In this document: positions 18,949 to 27,882 of the stretch, in pieces
Position numbering within the stretch: position 1 is the first letter of the stretch
How the letters are laid out: every line of letters begins with the position of its first letter
Assembly: GCA_045863195.1 (NCBI GenBank)
Contig: BTUI01000001.1
Span: 395,453 to 459,452, forward strand
DNA length: 64,000 nt
From: Chloroflexota bacterium
Lineage (GTDB): Bacteria > Chloroflexota > Dehalococcoidia > UBA2979
Direction of reading: 5' to 3'
The notes under the pieces: generated by a model
What the model saw: the letters and a program-made list of their open reading frames with translations, nothing else
Told to the model about the DNA's origin: nothing
Database searches by the model: none
Program-made: the position numbers and the translations under genes

Positions 18949-20096
18949 GCGTCCGCGCCCCGCTCGTCGCCCTCAACACTCACGAGGCCGCTGCCGACGA
19001 GGATCGCCGCGAGCGCCGTGGTGACCGGCACCGCCGCCACGATCCCGATCGAGCCGGCAAGCGTGCGCACGATCTCCGTCGCCAGCTGGTCGAACGAGAC
19101 GAGAATGCCGAGGGGGTGCGGCTGCCCGGCATAGATCAGCAGCAGCGGGAGCGCGGCACCCGCATACGCCAGCACCAGCGTGTTCGTGGTCGCGGCGATG
19201 TGGTCGCGGCCCACGTTCATCGCCCGCGCGAAGAGCGCCGGCGTGCCGAGCGAGGGGTTCGCGCGGCGCAACTCGATCACCGTGGACGCCTGCGTCGTCG
19301 TCACGTCGTCGAGGACGCCGAGCGCGCCGATGATGATGCCGGCCAGCAGCAGGCCGCGCGCGTCGATCCCGCCCTGCGTCAGCACCTGCAGGATCGCGGC
19401 GCTCTCCTCGCCCACCCCGGAGAGCCGCGCGAAGCCCACCGCGAACGCCGCCAGCACGCCCGTCAGCAGGAGCGACGCGGCGGTGCCCGCGATCGCGATC
19501 CACGTCTTCGGGTTCGGGCCGTGGCTCAACACCATCGACGCGCCGAGGATCGCGAGCGCCCCCACGATCGTCGTCGGCAGGGGCGACCAGCCGTCCAGCG
19601 TGGCCGGGACGATGAACCGCACCAGCACGAGGAACGTGACGCCCAGGCCGAGCAGCGAGAGCGCACCGTGCCGGCCGCCGACAGCGACGACGGTCAGCGC
19701 GAAGGCGAGCGAGAGCACCCAGAGCGACACGCGCCGCGAGCGGTCCTTCAGCGTGTAGACGGTGCCCTCCGCAGTCTCCATCTCGGAGACGAGGACGCCA
19801 TCGCCCTCGGCGAGCGTGATCGCGTCCGCGCCACCCTCCACGTACACGTGGTCCAGTTCGGCCTCACGCTCGCCCACGCGGACGAGGAGCCGCGCGCGGT
19901 AGACATTGCCGGCGGGCGTCTCCTGCACGCGCTCGTCCAGCACGGCGACCACCGTCGCCTCGCGGATCGCGCCGGAGTCGATCGGCAGGAGCGGCGCCCG
20001 GAAGGCGCCCGCCGCTGGGAGGATCACCGTGAGCAGGAAGACCGCGCCCAGCACCACGGCGTAGGCGATCGCGGCGGTCAGCGTCGGCCGGGCCAT
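18945..20096 (-). CDS. YibE/F-family membrane protein
   Basis: Internal ATG at 20096 (MARPTLTAAIAYAVV...) gives 383 aa: an N-terminal TM, a periplasmic domain, and a polytopic C-terminal domain. The upstream 219 codons of the track ORF are an Arg/Gly-rich artefact overlapping the GDT1 gene. Confidence 0.7.
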   Translation of the reverse strand: MARPTLTAAIAYAVVLGAVFLLTVILPAAGAFRAPLLPIDSGAIREATVVAVLDERVQETPAGNVYRARLLVRVGEREAELDHVYVEGGADAITLAEGDGVLVSEMETAEGTVYTLKDRSRRVSLWVLSLAFALTVVAVGGRHGALSLLGLGVTFLVLVRFIVPATLDGWSPLPTTIVGALAILGASMVLSHGPNPKTWIAIAGTAASLLLTGVLAAFAVGFARLSGVGEESAAILQVLTQGGIDARGLLLAGIIIGALGVLDDVTTTQASTVIELRRANPSLGTPALFARAMNVGRDHIAATTNTLVLAYAGAALPLLLIYAGQPHPLGILVSFDQLATEIVRTLAGSIGIVAAVPVTTALAAILVGSGLVSVEGDERGADA

Positions 20097-20116
20097 CACG
20101 CCTCCTCGTGCCCGCC

Positions 20117-20683
20117 TCATGCGAACACCGAGCCCATCGTAAGCGCGCCGAAGATCACGAAGAGCACCGCTGCCGCCTGGCCGATGCGTCGCTGCGGCAG
20201 CCGCTCCCCCGCCTTGATGCCCGCGGCGATCGCGACGGCGTCCGCCGCCACCATCCCGAGCGTGGAGCCGAGCCACACTCCCACCGCGGAGGACTCTCGG
20301 CCCGCCAGCGACACCGTCGCCAGCTGGGTCTTGTCGCCGAGTTCGGAGACGAAGAACGCCATTGCGACCACCCCGAACGCACCGAGCAGCGGCAGCCGCC
20401 GCTCCCGCTCCTCGCCCTCGAAGGTGTCGCCGCGGATGCTCCACCACGCAAAGCCGAAGAAGGAGAGCCCGACGATCACCGTGAGCGGGTCCTCCGGAAT
20501 CGCGTCGTGCAACACCCGGCCGATACCGACGGAGGCGAGGTGGACGATGAGCGTCGCCACCGTCACGCCCGCGAGCACGATCCACCAGCGGTAGCGCGTG
20601 GCGAACCAGAGCGCGACGAGTTGCGACTTGTCGCCGAGTTCGGCCACGAAGATCAGCGCGGTCGAGAGCAGGAAGGAAGACAC
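20117..20683 (-). CDS. GDT1/UPF0016 (TMEM165) family cation (Mn2+/Ca2+) transporter
   Basis: 188 aa with GTG start. Two inverted E-x-G-D-(KR)-(TS) repeats (ELGDKSQL and ELGDKTQL), diagnostic of UPF0016. Confidence 0.75.
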   Translation of the reverse strand: MSSFLLSTALIFVAELGDKSQLVALWFATRYRWWIVLAGVTVATLIVHLASVGIGRVLHDAIPEDPLTVIVGLSFFGFAWWSIRGDTFEGEERERRLPLLGAFGVVAMAFFVSELGDKTQLATVSLAGRESSAVGVWLGSTLGMVAADAVAIAAGIKAGERLPQRRIGQAAAVLFVIFGALTMGSVFA

Positions 20684-20689
20684 CGGTCA

Positions 20690-20895
20690 GTCCCGTCCAC
20701 TGGGCGGCGCGGTGTCGGTGAGGGGGTCGCTGGGACGCCTCGGCCCGACGCACGCACGCAGGCGTGTATCCGGCCGAGAGTCTCGTCCGCCCCTCCGGAG
20801 AGGGGCCGCGCCGCCGCCCTGAGCGCAGGGAGTGTGTCGACGGACGCGCCGGGGACTACTCCCCCTCGGTCTGATGAGGATCGTAAGGCGTGCGG
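20690..20895 (-). promoter_or_regulatory. Candidate yybP-ykoY-type Mn2+ riboswitch in the 5' leader of the GDT1/UPF0016 gene
   Basis: About 200-nt GC-rich structured leader. On the minus strand it contains GGGGGAGUAGUCCCC (matching the conserved GGGGAGUAG element of yybP-ykoY) and a downstream GGACGAGACUCUCGGCC segment. UPF0016 genes are a known target class of this riboswitch. Not verified against a covariance model. Confidence 0.35.
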
Positions 20896-20910
20896 CGTGG
20901 GCCGCAAGCA

Positions 20911-20940
20911 AGACGCCCGGGAGAGGTCTCCCGGGCGTCT
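20911..20940 (-). terminator. Perfect 13-bp hairpin (AGACGCCCGGGAG-AGGU-CUCCCGGGCGUCU), probable intrinsic terminator with a weak U-tract
   Basis: Seen directly. Lies 36 nt downstream of the small ORF ending at 20977 and immediately upstream of the putative riboswitch leader. Confidence 0.35.
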
Positions 20941-20976
20941 ACTCGCCTGCTCGCCGGTGATCCGGTCGCTGCCGCA

Positions 20977-21105
20977 CTAGCGGAGCGGACGGATGCCGAG
21001 CTGAGCCTCCAGGCTGCGGCGGTAGTCCGCGCGCGCCTCCTGGATCGTCGGACGGCCCTTCTGGCCGTCGCGGACGATGCGGCTGTAATACTCGTTCAAG
21101 CGCAT
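20977..21105 (-). CDS. Hypothetical 42-aa basic protein (MRLNEYYSRIVRDGQKGRPTIQEARADYRRSLEAQLGIRPLR)
   Basis: ATG at 21105 with a GGAAGGGG Shine-Dalgarno 7 nt upstream. Followed by a strong hairpin. The longer 99-aa track ORF has an implausible Arg/Pro-rich N-terminal extension. Confidence 0.3.
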   Translation of the reverse strand: MRLNEYYSRIVRDGQKGRPTIQEARADYRRSLEAQLGIRPLR

Positions 21106-21295
21106 CGCAATGCCCCTTCCACTCCGGCCGGGGCCTCGCCCTCGGACGGGTGCTGTTGGACTAGACGCTGGGTGGGTGTGCACTCGTAGGCGTGCTCGTG
21201 AAGAAACGCACGAGCCTGCGGAAGGTAAACGTCGCCCTCGCCAGATCGGTTCCCGATCTGGCGCACCCCTCAGCACCGAGGGCTGCGAAGCGCGG

Positions 21296-22099
21296 TCAGC
21301 CGAGCAGGCGGCCCCACAGCAGGACGCGCGGGAACGCGTAGAAGTACGGGGATCGGTCGCCCAGACGCTCCACCAGCACCGCCTCGTACCGCTCGAGGAA
21401 CGGCGCGACGAGGTCCTGCGGCAGGCGCGAGGTGTAGGCGGTCAACAGCGACCCCTTCACCCACTCCACGATGCCGCGGGTGGACTCCAGCGTGTGCCCG
21501 TAGATCTCCAGCCGCACGCGCTGCTCGACGAGCCCGGCGCGGTGGAGGAGTTCCGCGTACCAGTCCGCGGAGCGCACCGGGTCCTCCCGGATCCACCCAT
21601 CGAGCGCGGTGCGGAACGGCTCCTCGGAGGCAACCTCCGCGGCCAGGCGGTGGCTGGTGTGGTTCGTGTTCGCGGGCATTTGGATGGCGATCTGCCCGCC
21701 GGGCCGCGCCAGTTCCATCACCTTCGGCAGGATCGTCTCGTGCCCGGTCACCCACTGGAGCGCCGCGTTCGAGAACACCAGGTCGAACTGCCCGCGGTGC
21801 TTGCCGACGAAGTCGAGGATGTCCGCCTTCTCGAAGGCGACCCCGTTGCCGGCGAAGGCGGCGGACTCCGCGAGCATCGCGTCCGCGTGGTCGACGCCGA
21901 GCGTCTCTCGCGCGCCGAGGTGCCCGTGCAGCCAGGCGGTGAGTTCACCGGTGCCGCAGCCCAGGTCGACCACCCGCATCCCGGGCTCCGGCTTCACCAG
22001 CCCGGCGAGGTCGTAGAACGGCTGGCGGCGCTCGTCCCGGAAGCGGTCGTACTGCCTCGGGTTCCAGCCTCGACCGGTGCTCTGCGCCTGCTCCGCCAT
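21296..22099 (-). CDS. Class I SAM-dependent methyltransferase, trans-aconitate 2-methyltransferase (Tam)-like
   Basis: Internal ATG at 22099 (MAEQAQSTGRGWNPRQYDRF...) gives 267 aa. SAM motif I VVDLGCGTGELT. Tam-like N-terminal WNPxxYxxF motif. Confidence 0.7.
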   Translation of the reverse strand: MAEQAQSTGRGWNPRQYDRFRDERRQPFYDLAGLVKPEPGMRVVDLGCGTGELTAWLHGHLGARETLGVDHADAMLAESAAFAGNGVAFEKADILDFVGKHRGQFDLVFSNAALQWVTGHETILPKVMELARPGGQIAIQMPANTNHTSHRLAAEVASEEPFRTALDGWIREDPVRSADWYAELLHRAGLVEQRVRLEIYGHTLESTRGIVEWVKGSLLTAYTSRLPQDLVAPFLERYEAVLVERLGDRSPYFYAFPRVLLWGRLLG

Positions 22100-22212
22100 G
22101 GTGCCCCTCCTGGAAGGCGCCCAGCATAACGAAGCGTCATCAGGACGACACGCCGGAAGGAGTACCATCCGCCGGACGCGCAGGACGCGCGCCGTCCGAG
22201 GGGAGACGAGCG

Positions 22213-23439
22213 ATGGTCGACGGGGACCGCTGGGCACAGATGCGGGCGATGATGCCGGTGATGCGGCGCTACGCCTACATGAACTGCGGATGGTCCGGGC
22301 CGCTCTCCGATGACGTGGTGGACGCGATGCGCCGCCGCATCGAACTCGAGACGTGGGAGGGCCCCGTCGCCCGCACCGCGATGGACGACAAGGCCGCGAC
22401 CACCGCCCGCCTGCGCGAACTCACGGCGCGGATGCTGAACGCGGAGGTGGACGAGATCGCCCTCACCGGGAACACCACCGAGGGCGTCAACATCGCCGTG
22501 AACGGTGTCGACCTGCAGCCCGGCGACCGCGTGGTGACCACCACCGCCGAGCACGGCGGCGGCCTCATCCCTGCCTACTGGGCGCGCGAGCGTCGAGGCG
22601 CGGAGGTCGCGCTCGTCACCGTCGACCCGGAGGACGGGCACGGCGCGATCCTCGAGCGGTTCGACCAGGCGCTGGACGACCGCGCGCGCATGGTGGTGCT
22701 CTCCGAGATCACCTACTCCACCGGACAACTGCTGCCGCTGCGCCAGATCACGGAGATGGCGCACCGTCGCGGCGCCACCGTGATCGTGGACGGCGCCCAG
22801 ACCGCCGGCCACGTGCCGATCGACGTGCGCGCGCTGGGCATCGACGCCTACGCGATCCCCTCGCACAAGTGGCTCTGCGGCCCGGACGGGATCGGCATGC
22901 TGTACGTCCGGCGCGACCGCATCGCGGACCTCGACCCGGTGAAGGTGAGCATGCGCGCCGCCGCGCTGTACGACTTCGACGGCCACTTCGAGCCGGAGCG
23001 GAACAAGGTCACGAAGTTCGAGGTCTCCACCATGTCCACGCCGACCATGGCGGGCACCGTGGCGGCACTGGAGCAGTACCTGACGACCGGCATCGAGGAG
23101 ACGTGGGCGCGCGCCCGCGCGCTCTGCCGGTACGCGGAGGCGCGGTTCGACCGCATCCCCGGCATCACCGTCGCCTCGCCGCGGTCGGAGGAGTCACGGA
23201 CGGGGCTGTTCCTCTTCCGCGCGGGCAACCTGGACCCGGCGGTCCTCACCTCCTACCTGTACGGGGACGGCGCGATCGTCGTCCGCTCCGTGCGGGAGCG
23301 CTCGGCGGTGCGGCTGTCGCTGCACACCTACAACAACGAGGCGGACATCGACCGCACGGCGGAACTCGTGGAACGCGCGCTCGTGGAGGGCATCCCGGCG
23401 CGGTACATCGAGGCAGCCGCGCACGGCCCGCGGGAGTAG
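22213..23439 (+). CDS. Aminotransferase class V-fold PLP-dependent enzyme (cysteine desulfurase / isopenicillin-N epimerase-like)
   Basis: 408 aa. PLP-lysine motif SHKWLCGPDGIGMLYV. Fold-type I features. Confidence 0.75.
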   Translation: MVDGDRWAQMRAMMPVMRRYAYMNCGWSGPLSDDVVDAMRRRIELETWEGPVARTAMDDKAATTARLRELTARMLNAEVDEIALTGNTTEGVNIAVNGVDLQPGDRVVTTTAEHGGGLIPAYWARERRGAEVALVTVDPEDGHGAILERFDQALDDRARMVVLSEITYSTGQLLPLRQITEMAHRRGATVIVDGAQTAGHVPIDVRALGIDAYAIPSHKWLCGPDGIGMLYVRRDRIADLDPVKVSMRAAALYDFDGHFEPERNKVTKFEVSTMSTPTMAGTVAALEQYLTTGIEETWARARALCRYAEARFDRIPGITVASPRSEESRTGLFLFRAGNLDPAVLTSYLYGDGAIVVRSVRERSAVRLSLHTYNNEADIDRTAELVERALVEGIPARYIEAAAHGPRE

Positions 23440-23558
23440 CCGGCGGGCGTCCCGACGGCGATTGTGCGAGCGATCACGAACCCGCCTCGGGCCGGTACAA
23501 TGCGGCCTCCCTGCCCGTGACCGGCGGCGAGCCGGCACGCAGCCGAAAGTGACCGCGC

Positions 23559-25025
23559 ATGTCCGAACACCCGCTTGAGCCGATCTTCCACCCGCGCGGC
23601 ACCGCCCTGGTGGGCGTGCCCTCCGAGCCGACCACGGGTGGCGGCGGGGGCGGCTTCCTGACCTCGATCATGGAGCAGGGCTACCACGAGCGGTACGGCC
23701 TCTACCCGGTCAACCCGAAGGCGACCGAGATCGCCGGCCTGAAGTGCTACCCGACGATCCTGGACATCGACGCACCGGTCGACCACGTGATCTCGCTCGT
23801 CCCCGCCCGGGTGGTGCCGACGCTCGTCGAGCAGTGCATCCAGAAGGGGATCCGGTCGATCCACTTCTTCACCGCCGGCTTCTCGGAGACGGGCGACGCG
23901 GAGATGGCGCAGATGGAGCACACGATGGTGCAGCGGCTGACGGCCGCCGGCATCCGCGTGATCGGCCCCAACTGCATGGGGCTCTACGTCCCGGGCGTGG
24001 GCCTGGCGTTCATGGGCGGGTTCCCGAAGGAGCCCGGCAACGTGATGCTGATCTCCCAGTCCGGCGCGAACGCCGGCGACGTGGTGCACAACCTCGGCCG
24101 CCGCGGCGTGCGCTTCTCCAAGGTGATCTCCTTCGGCAACGGCTCCGACCTGCGCGCCCACCACTTCCTGGACTACGCGATCGCGGACGAGCAGACCGAG
24201 GTGGTGACCGCGTACATCGAGGGCGTGCAGGACGGCCGCCGCTTCTTCGAGAACGTGAAGCGGCTCGCGGCCGTGAAGCCCACGATCCTCCTGAAGGGCG
24301 GCCTCACCGGCGCCGGCGCGCGCGCCGCGCACTCCCACACCGGATCGCTCGCCGGCTCCACCCAGGTCTTCGACGCGATGTGCCGCCAGACCGGCGCCTA
24401 CCGCGCCGAGACGATGGAGGACCTCCACGACCTCACCATCGCGATCACGACCGGCCTCCGCCGCGTGACCGGGCGCGACATGGCGCTGGTGGGCGGCGGC
24501 GGCGGCTTCGCGGTGCTCTCGTCGGACTCGCTCGCGCGCGAGGGGCTGGACCTGCCGCCCGCACCACAGGCGATCAAGGATGCGCTCCACGAGTTCATGC
24601 CGACCGCCGGCACCAGTGCCAACAACCCGTTCGACACGAACATGCAGTCGCCGGAACTCTCCGAGCGCGCCCTCCGCATCGTCGCGCGCGGCCCGTTCGA
24701 CGCCGTGATCGCCACGCCCTCCTTCGACCGCCCGCCGCGCGGCGGCGCGGACGAGGAACTGGACTCCGAGGCGAAGCGGCAGCAGGCGCTGGACGCGGCG
24801 GTGAAGGCCGCCGAGCAGTTCGGCCGCCTGCAGGCGGAGACCGGCGTGCCCTTCGTGGCGCTGATGCGCGACCGCTCCTCGAGCCCGGAGGTCGCAGACC
24901 GCTTCGCGCAGGAGGCGTACCGGCGCGGCGTGGCCGTCTACCCCACGATCCACCGTGCCGCGCGCGCGATCTCCGGCCTGCTCCAGTGGCGCGAGCGCCG
25001 CGCCGGCCTGCCCGAGATCGTCTAG
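23559..25025 (+). CDS. CoA-binding domain protein / NDP-forming acyl-CoA synthetase alpha-subunit-like (succinyl-CoA synthetase flavodoxin-like domain)
   Basis: 488 aa. CoA-binding Rossmann motif (YPVNPK ... VPA), catalytic His-loop-like region (SQSGANAG), and ligase-CoA domain. Confidence 0.7.
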   Translation: MSEHPLEPIFHPRGTALVGVPSEPTTGGGGGGFLTSIMEQGYHERYGLYPVNPKATEIAGLKCYPTILDIDAPVDHVISLVPARVVPTLVEQCIQKGIRSIHFFTAGFSETGDAEMAQMEHTMVQRLTAAGIRVIGPNCMGLYVPGVGLAFMGGFPKEPGNVMLISQSGANAGDVVHNLGRRGVRFSKVISFGNGSDLRAHHFLDYAIADEQTEVVTAYIEGVQDGRRFFENVKRLAAVKPTILLKGGLTGAGARAAHSHTGSLAGSTQVFDAMCRQTGAYRAETMEDLHDLTIAITTGLRRVTGRDMALVGGGGGFAVLSSDSLAREGLDLPPAPQAIKDALHEFMPTAGTSANNPFDTNMQSPELSERALRIVARGPFDAVIATPSFDRPPRGGADEELDSEAKRQQALDAAVKAAEQFGRLQAETGVPFVALMRDRSSSPEVADRFAQEAYRRGVAVYPTIHRAARAISGLLQWRERRAGLPEIV

Positions 25026-25029
25026 CCCC

Positions 25030-25929
25030 GTGCTGCTCGTCGGGCAGTCGCTCCTGCTCTGGCGGGGGCGGCTGGCCCGCGCGCTCGCCGCCGCCGAGGC
25101 TGCACCGCTCCTCGACCGCGCGGCGCGGCAGGTGGAGGCCGGCGCGGCCGCCCTGGACCTGAACGCGGGGACCGAGGGCACCACGGCGACGCTGGTGGCC
25201 ACCGTGCGCGCGCTCCGTCCCGCGCACCCGGGCCTCCCGCTCTGGCTCGACGCCGCCGCCGCCGGCGTCCTCGCGACGACCCTCGACGCCTGCGCCGCCG
25301 CGGGCCTGCGCGGCCCGTTCGTCGCGAACGCGGCCGGGGCGGGCGGGACGCCGGACGCAGGGAGCACGCGGCTGCTGGAGGCGTGCGCCCGGCACCGCGC
25401 CGGCGTGGTGGTGTCACCTCGCGCCGTGGATGCGGGCTCCCGCCCAGCCACCGCCGAGGCCGTCGCCGCCGCCGCGCTCGAGGGCCTGGAGACGGCGCGC
25501 GCCATCGGGCTGACCGGCCCCGTCTACCTCGACGCCCTCGCGTGGCCGGCAGCCAGCGACCCACCCCGCGCGGAGCGCTCGCTGGCGGTGCTCAGGCGGC
25601 TGCGCGACGTGCCGGGCGCGGTGCCGCTGGTCGCCGTGGGAAACGTCGCGCACGGCCTCGGCTGGCCGCTCACGGTGGCGATGCGGGGCCTCTACGCCGC
25701 CGCGGCCACGGCGGCCGGCGCCGGCGCGCTGATCATGCCGGTCGAGGAGACGGCGACCGTCCGCGCCGTCCAGCTCGCCTGCGGCGAGGCGTTCCCCGCC
25801 GACGTGGCGGAGTCCTACCTCGCGACGTTCGGGGAGGCGATCCGCGCCGGGGAACACCCGCACCCGCCGCCCCGGATCGCCGGGGAGACGCTGCGCGAGG
25901 CGTGGCGGCTGCTGTTCGACGCCGACTAG
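25030..25929 (+). CDS. Pterin-binding-domain-like (DHPS/MeTr/MtrH TIM-barrel fold) protein, apparently degenerate
   Basis: A GTG at 25030 immediately follows the upstream stop. Segments align to corrinoid methyltransferase/DHPS pterin-binding domains (AGAAALDLNAG ~ GGARALDLNVG; LWLDAAA ~ LCLDSTN; VANAAGA ~ INSTNAE), but the pterin-contacting Asn/Asp positions are Ala. Confidence 0.45.
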   Translation: MLLVGQSLLLWRGRLARALAAAEAAPLLDRAARQVEAGAAALDLNAGTEGTTATLVATVRALRPAHPGLPLWLDAAAAGVLATTLDACAAAGLRGPFVANAAGAGGTPDAGSTRLLEACARHRAGVVVSPRAVDAGSRPATAEAVAAAALEGLETARAIGLTGPVYLDALAWPAASDPPRAERSLAVLRRLRDVPGAVPLVAVGNVAHGLGWPLTVAMRGLYAAAATAAGAGALIMPVEETATVRAVQLACGEAFPADVAESYLATFGEAIRAGEHPHPPPRIAGETLREAWRLLFDAD

Positions 25930-25942
25930 CGAGCCGGGGGCC

Positions 25943-27757
25943 TCAGCGGCGCCCGAAGGAGCGCTCCAGCGCCGCCCGGCTGAGGTGCAGCATGGTCGGG
26001 CGGCCATGCGGGCAGGTGTGCGGCGTGTCGCACGCCTCCAGCGCCCGCAGGAGGGCGCGCTGCTGCTCCTGATCCAGCCGGTCGCCCGCCATCACCGCCG
26101 CCCGGCAGGCGAGCGTCGCGGCGACGCGGTCGGGACCCGTCAGCCGCTCCTCCGCGGCGAGGCGGTCGAGGAACGCGTTCAGCGCACGGGCTGGGTCGCG
26201 CGCGGGCAGCCCGGGCGGCACCGCCCGCACGATCACCGCCGTGCCGTCCGCCGGGGCGATGCTCCAGCCCACCGCCGCCAGCGCCTCGGCGGCCTCCTCG
26301 ACGAGCGACACCTGGGAGGCCGAGAGCGTCACCACCGCCGCGTCGAGCAGCGGCTGGCTCGCGACCTCGCCCGTCGCGCGGCGTGCCAGCGCCTGCTCGT
26401 ACAGGACGCGCTCGTGCGCCGCGTGCTGGTCGACCAGGTACATGCCGTCCGGCGCCTCCGCGACGATGTAGGTCAGTTCCACCTGCCCGAGCGGGCGCAG
26501 CACCGGCACCGCTGCCGTCAGCGGCAGCCCGGCTTCCGAGGGCGCCCGTTCCGGCACGAACGAGACCCCCTGCGCCGACGCGACCACGGAGCGCCCGCTG
26601 GGGGCGTCCGCGGGCACCTCCGGCCGCGTGTCGGGCGCGTCCCCGGGCGGCGTCCACGCAAACACCGGCCGCTCGCCCGGGGGCATCGAGGGCGGCGGGA
26701 GCAACGGCACGGCGTCGAGCGCGGGCGCCTCCGGCGTGAGCGCGCCACCGAGGGCGGCACGCACCGCCGCGCCGACCGCCGCATAGACGAGCCGTTCGTG
26801 GCGGAAGCGCACCTCCGCCTTCGTCGGGTGCACATTCACATCGATCTGGTCGGGCGGCACCGTGATCCGCACGAGCGCGACCGGGTGCCGCCCGGCCGGG
26901 ATCAGCCCCTCGTACGCCTGCTCCACGGCGTGCGTGAGCGAGCGCGACACGATCGTGCGGCCGTTCGCGACGAAGTGGAGCGCGCCGCGGCTCCCCCGGT
27001 GCAGCGAGGGCGCGCCCGCCAGCCCGGCGACCTCCACGGACGCCCCGTCCGCCTCGGCGCGGGCGTGGCGCACCGGCAGCAGCGCGCCGGCAACGTCCAC
27101 GCCATGCACCGCCGCCACGGCGTCGCGCGGGTCGCCGCTGCCGGGCGTGTTGAGCGCGGTGCGCCCTTCCGTGACGAGGCGAAACGCCACCTCCGGGTAG
27201 GCGAGCGCGTAGTCGGAGACCACCTGCACCACCGCACGCGCCTCGGCGCGGGGGGCGCGCAGGAACCGCCGACGCGCCGGCAGCGCCGCGAACAGGTCAC
27301 GCACGTCGATCACCGTCCCCGCGGCGGCGGCGGCGCTCCCCTGCCGCTCGATGCGCCCGTTACGCACGCGCACGGTCGCCGCGCCCTCCTGCTCCACGGG
27401 ACGCGTCGTGAGGTCGACCGAGGCGGCGGCGGCGATCGCCGCCAGCGCCTCGCCGCGGAAGCCGAGCGTGCGCACCGCGAACAGGTCGTGCTCGCTCCGG
27501 AGCTTGCTCGTGGCGTGCCGCTCGAAGGCGTCCGCGACCTGGTCTGGCGGGATGCCGCAGCCGTTGTCGCGCAGCCGGATGCGGTCGATGCCGCCGCCCT
27601 CGATCTCGACCTCGATCAGCGTCGCCCCGGCGTCCAGCGCGTTCTCCAGCAACTCCTTCACCACGCTCGCCGGGCGCTCGATCACCTCGCCCGCGGCAAT
27701 GCGGGCGGCGATCTCCGGCGGGAGGATGGCGATGCGCGGCCGGGGGGTGGCGACCAT
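25943..27757 (-). CDS. mutL: DNA mismatch repair protein MutL
   Basis: ATG at 27757 (MVATPRPRIAILPPEIAARIAAGEVIERPASVVKELLENALDAG...) gives 604 aa. GHKL ATPase motifs and a C-terminal dimerisation domain are present. The upstream part of the track ORF is an artefact. Confidence 0.85.
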   Translation of the reverse strand: MVATPRPRIAILPPEIAARIAAGEVIERPASVVKELLENALDAGATLIEVEIEGGGIDRIRLRDNGCGIPPDQVADAFERHATSKLRSEHDLFAVRTLGFRGEALAAIAAAASVDLTTRPVEQEGAATVRVRNGRIERQGSAAAAAGTVIDVRDLFAALPARRRFLRAPRAEARAVVQVVSDYALAYPEVAFRLVTEGRTALNTPGSGDPRDAVAAVHGVDVAGALLPVRHARAEADGASVEVAGLAGAPSLHRGSRGALHFVANGRTIVSRSLTHAVEQAYEGLIPAGRHPVALVRITVPPDQIDVNVHPTKAEVRFRHERLVYAAVGAAVRAALGGALTPEAPALDAVPLLPPPSMPPGERPVFAWTPPGDAPDTRPEVPADAPSGRSVVASAQGVSFVPERAPSEAGLPLTAAVPVLRPLGQVELTYIVAEAPDGMYLVDQHAAHERVLYEQALARRATGEVASQPLLDAAVVTLSASQVSLVEEAAEALAAVGWSIAPADGTAVIVRAVPPGLPARDPARALNAFLDRLAAEERLTGPDRVAATLACRAAVMAGDRLDQEQQRALLRALEACDTPHTCPHGRPTMLHLSRAALERSFGRR

Positions 27758-27882
27758 CAGGCCGCCCCCGCCGCGTTGCCGGGCGATCCGCCGCTCACTA
27801 CGATTTCTGTCGGGGTCACCGCAGGAGGAGAAGGACACTGCTCCACCGCCGGCCATGGACCGCTGGGCGGGTTGCCGTCCTC

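Noticed and set aside
27758-27882. Alternative ATG (27855) as start of the S8 protease
   Set aside because: That ATG is out of frame (+2) with the subtilisin reading frame. The in-frame upstream stretch encodes a signal-peptide-like sequence but has no canonical start, so the GTG at 27883 is kept with a note.
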